From positions 1 through 52,904 of IMG/VR virus record IMGVR_UViG_3300014838_000028: 52,904 bases of DNA; one strand, 5' to 3'. The position numbers and the translations under genes are program-made. Positions within the stretch are counted from its first letter, which is position 1. Every line of letters starts with the position of its first letter. This DNA is from a virus (lineage: Duplodnaviria; Caudoviricetes). Shown in pieces: positions 16,807 to 26,154 of the stretch. A model generated the notes under the pieces. That model was not told the origin of the DNA. It made no database searches and saw nothing but the letters and a program-made list of their open reading frames with translations.

Positions 16807-19781
16807 CTTGGCCCTCTTTGCTAAACAAAAGAGTGCTAGGTGTCGACCCTTATTCCGAAGAAACAGGCCACGCATTCCTAAAGGTGGGTGGTGGCCTGTT
16901 TGCTGGGTCGACTCCTGGGGAGCATCTTGAAGGAAAAGCTAAAGCTGATGCAGAAAAAGCGACTAAGCTTGCCGGTGAGAAAGCAGCAGCAGATGCTGCG
17001 AATACTGGTCGAGTCAAGAGTGCCACAGAACGAATTATGGCACATGCCAATGAAGGGAGTGAGGGTTTCACTGAGCATATGCTCACAGGTGAAGTCCCTC
17101 AAAAGGGATTCCAGTGTGCTGTTCCCGGCCATGACTTAGTAAAGCCTGTAGACGAGCTAACGTCTTCTGACGTTGACAAATGGATGGCTCAGAATAAAGA
17201 GGTTCTGTCCAAGCCAAACGTTTATATGGGCGGTTGGGTACAACATAAGGACGGTGTCGCTGAGTTAGTGATCGAGCCGTCAGAGAATATACCTAAGCGG
17301 GAGGATGCCTTCAAAGCAGGCGTTGCTCGTAACCAAATAGAAATCTACGACAATACCACGAAGAAGTGCATAAGCACCGGCGGTTCAGGTGCGCATAATC
17401 GGTTGAAGCCCAAGCCAAAGACAGTAACTCTGTTCCACGGCACTCGTCCAGAAAACGTAGCAGGGCTAAAGGAAAACGGCCTCACTGCCCCTCCTGAAGT
17501 GATGAGCAGTAAGTGGCCACAGTTGACCGATAATTTTGACGAGGCGCATAAGTACGCCGGTCCTGGTGGCTCGGTTGCTGAGTTTCAGGTACCTCAAAAA
17601 GAGATATGGTCAGATGACGGTGATCCCGATGATGCCCGTTTATGGGCGGGGCAGACAGGTAAAGCCAATTTAGTACGAGGCGATCCTGAAGGCACGTCCG
17701 TGAACTACGGTGTCAAGACGACGTTACCCGGTAGTTATATCAGCAACGTTTATGCAGACGGCGAACGTCCTGCAAACCCGGCTGATCTTACGACGGGGCA
17801 GAAGCAGGCTATTGCTTATCATCAATTGCTTCAGAATGCTTATGCTTCTAAGTACAGCAACAATAACAGTTGGCTCGGTAAACAGCCGAGTGCTAAGTTA
17901 GATGCTGCTAATAAGAAAAGGCAGACTCTAGAAAATACCTACAAAATGTCGACGGGTGATGATCGCAAACTCATAGCTGCAAAGCTTCGAGAGCTTGAAG
18001 AGGGTGAGGATCACCCGATCATAAAGCAGGAGTTACACGAGCATACAGCGAAACTAACAGCACTGCCGAAACTTGGTGAGGCTCCATTAGATACTAGTCG
18101 TATCAAGGCCGGTCTTGCTAAGGATATGCCACTGACTAACAAGGATGTAGAAGCAAAGTTTCAAGGTTTTATAGACTATGCTAAGAAGCAGGGCAAGCTC
18201 GGTGTATGGAAGAATTGGTACCATAATGCTCACGATCAAATTCATGCCAGGGCTAAAGCTCTTGACTTTGACCATGAGAAGTTCTTTGCAATGGTATCGG
18301 CAACTTCCCCACGAATGCGATGGGAAGAAAATGGCCGGCTCAAGAACATGGATGCAGCCGAGAAGGCAGTTCATATTGGTAGGTATTATGAGGGCTCGAA
18401 CCTTTCAATTGACGAGATAGCTAAGAAGGAAGTTCCCGACGACATCGGTGCTCCTGAGAAGACACCACTAATGCGAACGAACTTGAAGAATGCATTGCGC
18501 ATCTATTATGGCGAACATCCCGACTCAGTGCTGCGAGCTGCGAAGACGAGGAGTTTCTACAATAACCTCCGATTCCCAGGAGAAACAAGAGATGCAACTA
18601 TGGATACGTGGATGGGCAACGCAATGGTAGGGCACACACCCTCTGATAAGGAAGTGCATGCTTTGTTCGGTAACTCGATGCCTGACCAAGCTTCTTTCAA
18701 ACGTTATGGTTGGTCTGCTGATCGAATTCGAGCAGTGGCTGATAAGAACGGACTGAAGCCAGACGAAGCGCAAGCAGTTGTCTGGATGGCAGTCGGGGAC
18801 AAAGACAAGGATAAAGTAGTCAAACCTCCGACGTATCTAGACGGTAATCCCGACGATGCGTATTTTGCATCACCGCCGACAACTAATGTGAAGTTCCCGA
18901 CGATGCATCCACCGGTAATGAAGACTACACAGATGCCTCTTCGAGAGGGTCCTCCTGGCACTAACTTACGTCCGTTGAAAACGACGGCACAGGGAAAGTG
19001 GAAGCTCAACAAGTACGCTGTCAGCACAAAAGACGGTGAGGAAATTGGTATGAGATTCGACGGTGACTTGCCGAAAGACGAGCAGCCGACTAAGGAGCAG
19101 GCACAACAGGTTCTAAGCACTGTGGCTGACCTTCACGAGAAGTACCCGCTAAAGATGACTCCAAGAGTTAGGGTTGTATCCTTCAAGAGGATGAGCAAGG
19201 AAATTCCTGACGGTGGCTCTCCATTCGCCTGGGTGCATACTGATTCACCGAATGCTATAAACATTCAAGGACACGCTATGCGGAATAACTTCGACAGGGT
19301 GGGTGCTGACTTTGGGAAGATCGGCAAATCTAGTGTGGCTGCACCGATCCGTCCTGGCTGGTTTATGCCGGTGTTCGACAATCTTACTGATGAGCATGAC
19401 TTTTTAGCTAGCCTCCCAGCATTAGACTCTGAAGTTCCTGAAGCTACTTCAGAGAGCACGATATCGAAATCACAGTATGTCACGGCTCACGAATTCGGGC
19501 ATTGCCTAGAATTCAATGGCAAGAATGCTTGGGGTTCAACTGCTAAGACTGAGGAAAATAATCAACGTCAGGTAGCTGCGAAGCTCGAAGGGGCGTTTAG
19601 ACTTGTTCAAACAAACCAAGATAAGTGGAATGAGATGAGCGATTACGGGAGGTCAAATGCTTATGAGGCCGGCGCTGAGGCGTTTGCTGAGTATGCGTTG
19701 ACTGATGGTACAACTACAAACGGTGTAGCTCAGTCGTATGCTCGTGCTGGCAAGTTTGCAAAGAAGGTGACAGGTAAATGA
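16803..19781 (+). CDS. Large polyvalent virion-associated protein (ART-like + HhH-glycosylase-like + zincin domains)
   Basis: LFHGT...LTDNFDEAHKYA; WY...SATSPR..WEEN...KTRSFY.N...TMDTWM...AQAVVW; HEFGH...SDYG....EAGAEAF; sits in the MuF slot between portal and protease. Confidence 0.75.
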   Translation: MTWPSLLNKRVLGVDPYSEETGHAFLKVGGGLFAGSTPGEHLEGKAKADAEKATKLAGEKAAADAANTGRVKSATERIMAHANEGSEGFTEHMLTGEVPQKGFQCAVPGHDLVKPVDELTSSDVDKWMAQNKEVLSKPNVYMGGWVQHKDGVAELVIEPSENIPKREDAFKAGVARNQIEIYDNTTKKCISTGGSGAHNRLKPKPKTVTLFHGTRPENVAGLKENGLTAPPEVMSSKWPQLTDNFDEAHKYAGPGGSVAEFQVPQKEIWSDDGDPDDARLWAGQTGKANLVRGDPEGTSVNYGVKTTLPGSYISNVYADGERPANPADLTTGQKQAIAYHQLLQNAYASKYSNNNSWLGKQPSAKLDAANKKRQTLENTYKMSTGDDRKLIAAKLRELEEGEDHPIIKQELHEHTAKLTALPKLGEAPLDTSRIKAGLAKDMPLTNKDVEAKFQGFIDYAKKQGKLGVWKNWYHNAHDQIHARAKALDFDHEKFFAMVSATSPRMRWEENGRLKNMDAAEKAVHIGRYYEGSNLSIDEIAKKEVPDDIGAPEKTPLMRTNLKNALRIYYGEHPDSVLRAAKTRSFYNNLRFPGETRDATMDTWMGNAMVGHTPSDKEVHALFGNSMPDQASFKRYGWSADRIRAVADKNGLKPDEAQAVVWMAVGDKDKDKVVKPPTYLDGNPDDAYFASPPTTNVKFPTMHPPVMKTTQMPLREGPPGTNLRPLKTTAQGKWKLNKYAVSTKDGEEIGMRFDGDLPKDEQPTKEQAQQVLSTVADLHEKYPLKMTPRVRVVSFKRMSKEIPDGGSPFAWVHTDSPNAINIQGHAMRNNFDRVGADFGKIGKSSVAAPIRPGWFMPVFDNLTDEHDFLASLPALDSEVPEATSESTISKSQYVTAHEFGHCLEFNGKNAWGSTAKTEENNQRQVAAKLEGAFRLVQTNQDKWNEMSDYGRSNAYEAGAEAFAEYALTDGTTTNGVAQSYARAGKFAKKVTGK

Positions 19782-19915
19782 TTATAACGGATACATTCTC
19801 ACCTGATGAGGCTCCTCAGATAATTGACCCCATTATGCCAGGTGTCCTCTCGCCTGAGGACGAGGCTGAGCTTCAAGAATGTTTTGGAGTGGAAGGAGAT
19901 TCCGATGCTGACTAA
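19778..19915 (+). CDS. Small acidic protein (45 aa)
   Basis: ATGA overlap; MIITDTFSPDEAPQ...EGDSDAD. Confidence 0.55.
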   Translation: MIITDTFSPDEAPQIIDPIMPGVLSPEDEAELQECFGVEGDSDAD

Positions 19916-20066
19916 AAGTACGACTGTAGCAAAAACATTTACGGCGTACCCATTAGATATAAACGAGGATGAACCTTTCCACCCGGAAGCACCTTTAGAA
20001 GAAGGGGCATGGGATTCGTATTTAGATAGTCCCGTTGTAGGTCCGCCTCCTAAGGAGACAGGATGA
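19905..20066 (+). CDS. Small acidic protein
   Basis: SD AAGGAG; 3' part of track ORF 19824..20066. Confidence 0.55.
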   Translation: MLTKSTTVAKTFTAYPLDINEDEPFHPEAPLEEGAWDSYLDSPVVGPPPKETG

Positions 20067-20215
20067 CGACTAGAGTCACACCTGAATTGCGTAGTAAACA
20101 ATCTGAACAAATGAAGGGTAATACTTGTAACTTAGGGCATAAAGCTTCTGAGGAAACTAAGCGCAAGATGTCTGCATCTCATCGGGCGGCTAGAGCAGGA
20201 AAGGATGTAATATAA
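20063..20215 (+). CDS. NUMOD3-motif mini-protein (50 aa, homing endonuclease stub)
   Basis: MKGNTCNLGHKASEETKRKMSASH; ATGA and TAATG coupling at its two ends. Confidence 0.7.
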   Translation: MTTRVTPELRSKQSEQMKGNTCNLGHKASEETKRKMSASHRAARAGKDVI

Positions 20216-21789
20216 TGGAAATTCGTTCCGTGGACCTGGTCGCAGCGATCAGGGGCGCCATGCCCGACGGTGAGGGTGAGTCTTTCGTACTAGATAGTGC
20301 ATATGGCGAATTCTTGACTTTCAGGAATGTTGATACAGATGAAGAGTGGGCCGTCCGATATTCAGTCGAAGACGGTAAGGTAGAACTTCACGATGAGCCT
20401 ACGGCTGCTGCCGAGGTTCGTGCAGTGCTGACATCTAAGGCGAGAAACGCTTTGGCTGACAGCGACTTTGCATACATCGACTCTAAGGGTGGCCGGCATT
20501 TGCCGGTGCATGATGCCAAGCACGTTAGCTCGGCGCTCGGTCGATTTAGCTCGACGGACTTTGAAAGCCCTGCAAAGAAAGTTACCGCAGCCAAGAAGAT
20601 TTGTGCTGCTGCTAAGGCTTGCAAAATCGACGTTGCGGATGACGATGATGTCGCCGTCGCTGCAAGGTCTGCAAAGCCTGAAGTTGAAGCTCGTTCCGAT
20701 AGCCCGAGTAACAAGGACACTCGGTCGCTTCTCGAAGGTGCCTGTGCTGCTAAGTTCGGGGACCCCAAGAAAAACAAGTTCGTTTATGTCTCCGACTTTT
20801 CTGACTCGTGGGTTGTTTATGACCAAGGTGACGAGAAGTTCCAGGCGACCTATTCTGTCGACGGTGACACGGTAAACCTAGGCGATCCGGTTCAGGTTGT
20901 CGAAGCTCATTCTTACACGCCGTTGCAGACGAACAGTGCCAGGCCGACTACCTTTAGCTTGCTGCGTAAGGGCCGGCGTCAGCGTCGGGACCTTGCTCCT
21001 GCTATGGAACATCGTAGGTACGATGCCGAGATGCGAATTAGGGACGTTGATAAGAATGACAACCTAGTCACTCTCCGAGGCACGCCGATTGTTTATGACG
21101 CTGTTTACAAGGTTCGTGACATGATCGGTGAATTCAGCGAGACGATGCGCCGTGGTGTGGCCACCGACTTGATAAACAGCCCTGCATTCAACTGCCGTTT
21201 CCTTTACGACCACAAGGGCATGGTTATGGCGTCGACCGCTCCCGGTACTCTGAAGTTTGAGGATCGCAAGACCGGCCTTGACACCTTCCCGACCATTGAT
21301 ATTCGGTCGCCATCTGCAATGGACCTTTATGTCGCTGTCGAGCGTGGAGATGTTCGCAGTATGTCTATTGGCTTTATGGTCAATGAAGCTGGGGAGAAGT
21401 GGGATAGCCGGCAAGAAAACCGTGAGGTTTTCAAGTTTGTCGATATGCCCGACGTCTCTGCTGTTGCCTTCCCGGCCAGCACAACCACTTCGATCATCCT
21501 AGCCCGTTCGGCGTTTGCATCTATTTCGGCTGAGAGCCGTGAGCGGTTGCGGCGTCTTTATCCGCTGGCGAAGCAAGTTCGTAGCGGCCAGGCGCTTTCG
21601 CAGGCCGATGGTGATTTGCTAATCAGGGCCATTGAAGCCCTTTACGAAGCTGATGATTTGGACGAAGCCACGCTAGTCGAGGCATTCCGTTCGCTACAGT
21701 CGCCGGAAGACACCGAGACTACTCTCGCCGGTCTTGTCATTCAGCGGCAGCGCCTCGCACTCGCCCAGGCTCGCTCGGCTCTACAATAA
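20215..21789 (+). CDS. Prohead protease (HK97 family) with long N-terminal extension
   Basis: LRG..IVYD, FLYDH, GDVRSMSIGF, DVSAVAFPA; N-terminal RNAL.DSDFAY....RHLPVHD..HV..AL.RF (DUF6582-like). Confidence 0.88.
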   Translation: MEIRSVDLVAAIRGAMPDGEGESFVLDSAYGEFLTFRNVDTDEEWAVRYSVEDGKVELHDEPTAAAEVRAVLTSKARNALADSDFAYIDSKGGRHLPVHDAKHVSSALGRFSSTDFESPAKKVTAAKKICAAAKACKIDVADDDDVAVAARSAKPEVEARSDSPSNKDTRSLLEGACAAKFGDPKKNKFVYVSDFSDSWVVYDQGDEKFQATYSVDGDTVNLGDPVQVVEAHSYTPLQTNSARPTTFSLLRKGRRQRRDLAPAMEHRRYDAEMRIRDVDKNDNLVTLRGTPIVYDAVYKVRDMIGEFSETMRRGVATDLINSPAFNCRFLYDHKGMVMASTAPGTLKFEDRKTGLDTFPTIDIRSPSAMDLYVAVERGDVRSMSIGFMVNEAGEKWDSRQENREVFKFVDMPDVSAVAFPASTTTSIILARSAFASISAESRERLRRLYPLAKQVRSGQALSQADGDLLIRAIEALYEADDLDEATLVEAFRSLQSPEDTETTLAGLVIQRQRLALAQARSALQ

Positions 21790-21790
21790 T

Positions 21791-21824
21791 AACGGTCCCC
21801 GCTTCGGCGGGGACACGTTCTTCT
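21791..21824 (+). terminator. UUCG hairpin after the protease (terminator or processing site)
   Basis: AACG-GTCCCCGC-TTCG-GCGGGGAC-A-CGTT followed by CTTCT. Confidence 0.6.
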
Positions 21825-22000
21825 CAATACAATAGTCCGAGACTTCCTGTCTCGGCGCAAGTAGCATTGCAAGCAATAAATCGAGGTGTAGTAACCCAGT
21901 TGAGCGTTCTTTGCTCCTGCGTGCATCTGCGGCTAGATACTTAGCCCCATGAGCCGACACACTTTGCTGAATGTGCTTTTTACCATAAAGGACAACTATT

Positions 22001-23602
22001 ATGGGTAAGAAAGTAAAGCCTGTCAAGGATGCTGACGCTCGCCTCACGACTCTTATCGAGTCTGAGGCTCGTCTCGCTACGGCATTCACTGAAATTTCCA
22101 CTCGGCTCGATAAGGCTACTAATGTCGAGAATCGCTCGTGGACTGCTGAAGAGTCTACGGAACTGAATGAGGCTACTGCTAAGCTCTCTCAGGTTCGTGG
22201 TGAACTGAAGGCTGAGAGTGTCCGGGTCGTTGAGGCCCGTGAGGCTCTTGAGGCTCGGGATAATGCCCTCGGTGCTGCCGGTTCTGTCGGTGGTGCTCAT
22301 GTCACTAATGGCATTGACAACCTCGTCTATTCTCCGGGCAACCCGGACAATAGCTTCTACCGTGACCTGCTTATGGCTAACGGTGGATTCGTTGGCACTC
22401 GGCGTGCTCAGAAGCGCCTCGACCAGCATCAGTTGGAGATGGAAAACATTCAGCGGCGTGCTACTCGTGGCTCCAAGGAATATCGTGCGGTGACGCATTA
22501 TTTCCAGGAAGCTCGGCGTTCCGGCGGCGTTGAAGTTCGTGAAACGATGGTCAATGGTGGCCCTGGCATTTCTAGTGCCGGTTCTCCCAATGACATGGCT
22601 CCGTTCGCACCGCCCATTTTCTTCCTCCCCGAGTATGCTGAATGGCGTACTTACGGCCGGACGTTCCTTGGTATTCTCAAGAGCTTCCCGCTGCCTGCGA
22701 CTGGCATGTCGTTCTTCGTTCCGAAGATCACTACGCCTACCGTGGCTTCTTTCCAGGCAAATGAAGGCGCCTCTATTACTACTCAGGACTTGGCTTCTGA
22801 GTACGAGAGTGGCACGCTTCAGACCGTGGTCAATAACCTGAATGTTTCTCAGCAGTATCTCGACCGGGTCGGCCCTGGCCTTCAGGGTGACGCAATTGTC
22901 AACCGTGACCAGACCGCTCAGTTGAACCGTGCTCTGAACATTTATGCTTATCAGACGGTTCTGCAGAATGCCGGCGTTGGTACGCAGGCTTATACCAACA
23001 CTACGACCTCGTATACCAGCTTGGATTCTTTCAACGGTGGTAACGTCAGCGATTATCGTTCGGCTCTGGCTAAGGGTAGCATTGCTATTCAGACCACTGA
23101 CGGTACGGTTGCTTATCCCACTCACTTCGTTTGTGACGTGAACATTTGGGAAAGCATTGCCGCTGCGGTTGACGACTCGCATCGTCCGTATATCGTTCCT
23201 CAGGGTGTGGCTTTCAACCCCCTGGCGACCGGTACTGACCAGTCTGCTCCTGAAGGCTACACCGGTTATACGTTTGCCGGTGTTCCTGCTTTCAAGGACC
23301 AGGCGCTTTATGTCTCCGCAGGTGCTTCGCTTTATGCTGGTGCCGGCGTTACCGGTCCTGGTTCTGCGGTGTTTGATGCTGACGGTGACAACCACCTTGG
23401 TATTATCGGGGCTTTCGACCTGGCTATTTATTGGCTCGAAGGTTCCCCGGTCCTGCGTGTTATTCCTCAGCCCGGTGCCTCTACCCTGACCGTGTTGATT
23501 CAGCAATACACCTATTGCGCTGCGGTCCCGGTTTATCCGACCGCCGTTCAGGTTGTATCGTCTAAGGGTACTGCTTCTTCAGCCCTTACGACCCTTCTGT
23601 AA
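22001..23602 (+). CDS. Major capsid protein (HK97 fold, N-terminal scaffold domain)
   Basis: Coiled-coil N-terminus, PKITT..A..Q.EG, VSQQ.LD; strong codon bias; follows the protease. Confidence 0.9.
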   Translation: MGKKVKPVKDADARLTTLIESEARLATAFTEISTRLDKATNVENRSWTAEESTELNEATAKLSQVRGELKAESVRVVEAREALEARDNALGAAGSVGGAHVTNGIDNLVYSPGNPDNSFYRDLLMANGGFVGTRRAQKRLDQHQLEMENIQRRATRGSKEYRAVTHYFQEARRSGGVEVRETMVNGGPGISSAGSPNDMAPFAPPIFFLPEYAEWRTYGRTFLGILKSFPLPATGMSFFVPKITTPTVASFQANEGASITTQDLASEYESGTLQTVVNNLNVSQQYLDRVGPGLQGDAIVNRDQTAQLNRALNIYAYQTVLQNAGVGTQAYTNTTTSYTSLDSFNGGNVSDYRSALAKGSIAIQTTDGTVAYPTHFVCDVNIWESIAAAVDDSHRPYIVPQGVAFNPLATGTDQSAPEGYTGYTFAGVPAFKDQALYVSAGASLYAGAGVTGPGSAVFDADGDNHLGIIGAFDLAIYWLEGSPVLRVIPQPGASTLTVLIQQYTYCAAVPVYPTAVQVVSSKGTASSALTTLL

Positions 23603-23610
23603 CCAATCTC

Positions 23611-23655
23611 TAAGGCTAGCTGCGAGAGGGCGCAAGCCCTCTCGCACTGCCTTAG
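23611..23655 (+). terminator. Strong GCAA-loop hairpin after the capsid gene
   Basis: TAAGGC...TGCGAGAGGGC-GCAA-GCCCTCTCGCA...GCCTTA; no U-tract. Confidence 0.65.
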
Positions 23656-23680
23656 TGTGCCTACTCCCATAAGGAGAACT

Positions 23681-24292
23681 ATGTACTCTTATGATCTGGT
23701 CCCTGATGGGACGCTAGTCGCTGCTACCATTTCTGTTCCGTTCGACGGTTCAGCTTTTCCTTCCGATCCCGAGTTTCTTGACGTCGTCATAATGGTTGTC
23801 GACCCTGCAACGGCCCCGACGCTTGAGGTTCAGTATCAGGTCTGGAATGCATCTACAAATACCTGGGTCACTAAGGCAACTGTCAGCGGTCTAAATGTCG
23901 ACGGTACTACCTCTATTCCTTTGGTACAAGGGGATCAGGGTGGGAGTGCTCCATCACAGGTAGTCCTTACTCTCGGCGGTGCTGCTATTGCTACCACTGT
24001 CGCCTTAGGTTCTAACGGTGGAGAAATTTCAACAATTGCTTCATGGTCCGTTCCTTCGGCCGGCGTTCTTGATATTGCTTCTGATGCTGGGTTTCCTGTA
24101 GGTGGTGGCGTTGTCCACGTTGCTGCTTCGGGTGCTACTACGGCAGTTGTGGATTTCACGGGCGTTGCTGTGGGCGAGCTAATTGGTTGTACCTATGTCA
24201 CTGGTTCGCCGGCTGGTACTGTTGCTACAGGTAATGCAGTTACTCTAGTGCCAAGTCCTGCCTTTGTCCTTGACCTTCATTTGAGGGCCTAA
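23681..24292 (+). CDS. Structural protein (possible decoration protein)
   Basis: SD AAGGAG; Val/Thr/Gly-rich; directly after the capsid gene. Confidence 0.65.
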   Translation: MYSYDLVPDGTLVAATISVPFDGSAFPSDPEFLDVVIMVVDPATAPTLEVQYQVWNASTNTWVTKATVSGLNVDGTTSIPLVQGDQGGSAPSQVVLTLGGAAIATTVALGSNGGEISTIASWSVPSAGVLDIASDAGFPVGGGVVHVAASGATTAVVDFTGVAVGELIGCTYVTGSPAGTVATGNAVTLVPSPAFVLDLHLRA

Positions 24293-24297
24293 AGAAA

Positions 24298-24675
24298 ATG
24301 TTCAGCTTCATCACTTTGACCCATGTCTTTAGAAACCTTGATGGCACGGCGGCTTCCGGTACGGTTGTCTTCAGGCTGTCTGATAGGATGACAAACGGCG
24401 GTCAGTCTTATGACGATGCCGTTTCCTATCACGCTGGCCTCGATGCTTCAGGGAACCTCAAGGCGTCAGGTGGAGTAAATCCCCTTGTGTTGCCTGCAAA
24501 TAATGACCCTACAACCGTGCCCGCAAACATTTACTATAACGTGGCATTCTTGTTGAATGGCGCTGATAGTGGAGGGGTTGGTGACAGTGTGATGATTATG
24601 TTGCCTTATAACGCACCGGGCGGAACAATCGACCTAGGTACATTGTTACCGCAGACTACTGGAGACGGTGTATGA
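24298..24675 (+). CDS. Structural protein
   Basis: DG..ASGTV.F...LDASG...LPANND pattern; in the head-tail module. Confidence 0.6.
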   Translation: MFSFITLTHVFRNLDGTAASGTVVFRLSDRMTNGGQSYDDAVSYHAGLDASGNLKASGGVNPLVLPANNDPTTVPANIYYNVAFLLNGADSGGVGDSVMIMLPYNAPGGTIDLGTLLPQTTGDGV

Positions 24676-25355
24676 GCACAGTAGAAATCTTCAATCCCGC
24701 AGGGGAGAAATACGCAAATTTCCTTGATCTTGACACGATGGTCAAGCCATGGCTACATATTGTCATGTCTGATCCTAGCCAAGACTTTATTCTCTCTACG
24801 ATAACTCGGGCTATCTCGACTCGTATGCAGCAGTTCATCGGCAGTCCGATTGCACCGCAGGTTTACGGGCCTGATGATGGGCATGGGAAGTTCGACGGCG
24901 GCGGGGGTCTTTACTCCAGCTACATTATGCTGCCAAAGACTCCGGTGCTGAAGATCATTTCTTTGATCGAATACCAGAACCAAACGCCGGTAGAGTTGGC
25001 TGAAATAACTTCACCTGGACAAGGTTCGACACAGGATGGGTACCAACTGAATTACCGCACCGGCCGTGTCACTAGAATTCTCGGTGGTATTTGGCCTAGG
25101 CCGTTCATGCCCGGATCACAGAACGTTTGGGTTACCTGGCTTGCCGGGTACAATCCGATACCTGCCGATATCCTCGAAGCTGCTCTTGAGTGGGTTGCTG
25201 ATAAGTTTCATGCACAGTTTCAGTCAAATGCGTCTCGTCCGATGTCAGCCTCAGAGATGAATGAGGAAACGAATCCTGCGGAGCCTTTCAAAGGTCTACC
25301 ATACTACGTGGAGAACGTGCTCCAGACATATCTACAGCCTTCAATTGGAAGTTAG
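24672..25355 (+). CDS. Head-to-tail adaptor
   Basis: LPKTPV, NVWVTW.AGY.PIPADI.EA, LP..V..VL..Y pattern; position. Confidence 0.8.
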   Translation: MSTVEIFNPAGEKYANFLDLDTMVKPWLHIVMSDPSQDFILSTITRAISTRMQQFIGSPIAPQVYGPDDGHGKFDGGGGLYSSYIMLPKTPVLKIISLIEYQNQTPVELAEITSPGQGSTQDGYQLNYRTGRVTRILGGIWPRPFMPGSQNVWVTWLAGYNPIPADILEAALEWVADKFHAQFQSNASRPMSASEMNEETNPAEPFKGLPYYVENVLQTYLQPSIGS

Positions 25356-25358
25356 CAG

Positions 25359-25889
25359 ATGCCGGCCTATAAAACAAATGTTGTCCCGGCTGTTGCTCAG
25401 ATGCTAACTTATATGAATGCAGTAGCTACGACCGACTTGCCTGATTTGGATATCGGCGTATATATGGGGATGCCGACGCAATCGCAACAGCGTGTTCTCA
25501 ACACGCTTTCTATCGGTGCTTGGTCCGAAGGCGGCACTCCTATTGTCACCGGCTTCAATAGCTCCTGGCGAGGTTTGGCAGGAGGTGGAGTTGCAGTGGC
25601 TAGGGATATGTTGTTTTCTATTCACTGGTCAATAGTCTCTTGGGCCGGTAGTGACGGTGGCGATGCAGCCACGTCGCCGGCCTTGCTAAATGCAGGTGCC
25701 ATGTTTGATGCAATGGTTACTAGAATTCTAGCCGATCCTTCTGGATCAGGGAGTCTCGGTGGTTCTGCTTTTTGGGACACAGTAAATATGACTTTCCCAT
25801 TGTACGGACCTGTAGATACTGGTGGCTGCCAAGCCGTCATGGAATGTGTGGTCGGCGTTCGTGGAGCCAATATCGGGACTGTACCGTAG
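25359..25889 (+). CDS. Putative tail terminator or neck protein
   Basis: Position before the tail tube; ADPS motif. Confidence 0.55.
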   Translation: MPAYKTNVVPAVAQMLTYMNAVATTDLPDLDIGVYMGMPTQSQQRVLNTLSIGAWSEGGTPIVTGFNSSWRGLAGGGVAVARDMLFSIHWSIVSWAGSDGGDAATSPALLNAGAMFDAMVTRILADPSGSGSLGGSAFWDTVNMTFPLYGPVDTGGCQAVMECVVGVRGANIGTVP

Positions 25890-25932
25890 TGGCGTCTAAT
25901 AGGCGTAGGCTCAAGAAAGAAGGGCTGTAAAA

Positions 25933-26151
25933 ATGGTAACAATAAAGAACATAAGCAAAGACGGCAGAGCCGTATCTTATGGAGTGGTTAGTGGCCCGAA
26001 GTTCGTTGAGCCAGGTGCCACAGTTTTGATTTATGAATGGGCTTTGGATGGCTATGTCAGCCAAGTCTATTGGGAGGAAGTAGTTGGGCCTAGTGAAGAT
26101 GTCAAAGACAAGCCTAAGCTGCCTGTTCCTGTAACCTCGAAGGAGGCATAA
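25933..26151 (+). CDS. Small structural-region protein
   Basis: 72-aa ORF before the tail tube. Confidence 0.65.
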   Translation: MVTIKNISKDGRAVSYGVVSGPKFVEPGATVLIYEWALDGYVSQVYWEEVVGPSEDVKDKPKLPVPVTSKEA

Positions 26152-26154
26152 CCC

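Noticed and set aside
21980-23506. 508-aa antisense ORF over the capsid gene (also 28319..29251 and 45368..45952 on the minus strand)
   Set aside because: Shadow ORFs explained by codon bias of the + strand genes; no motifs or expression signals
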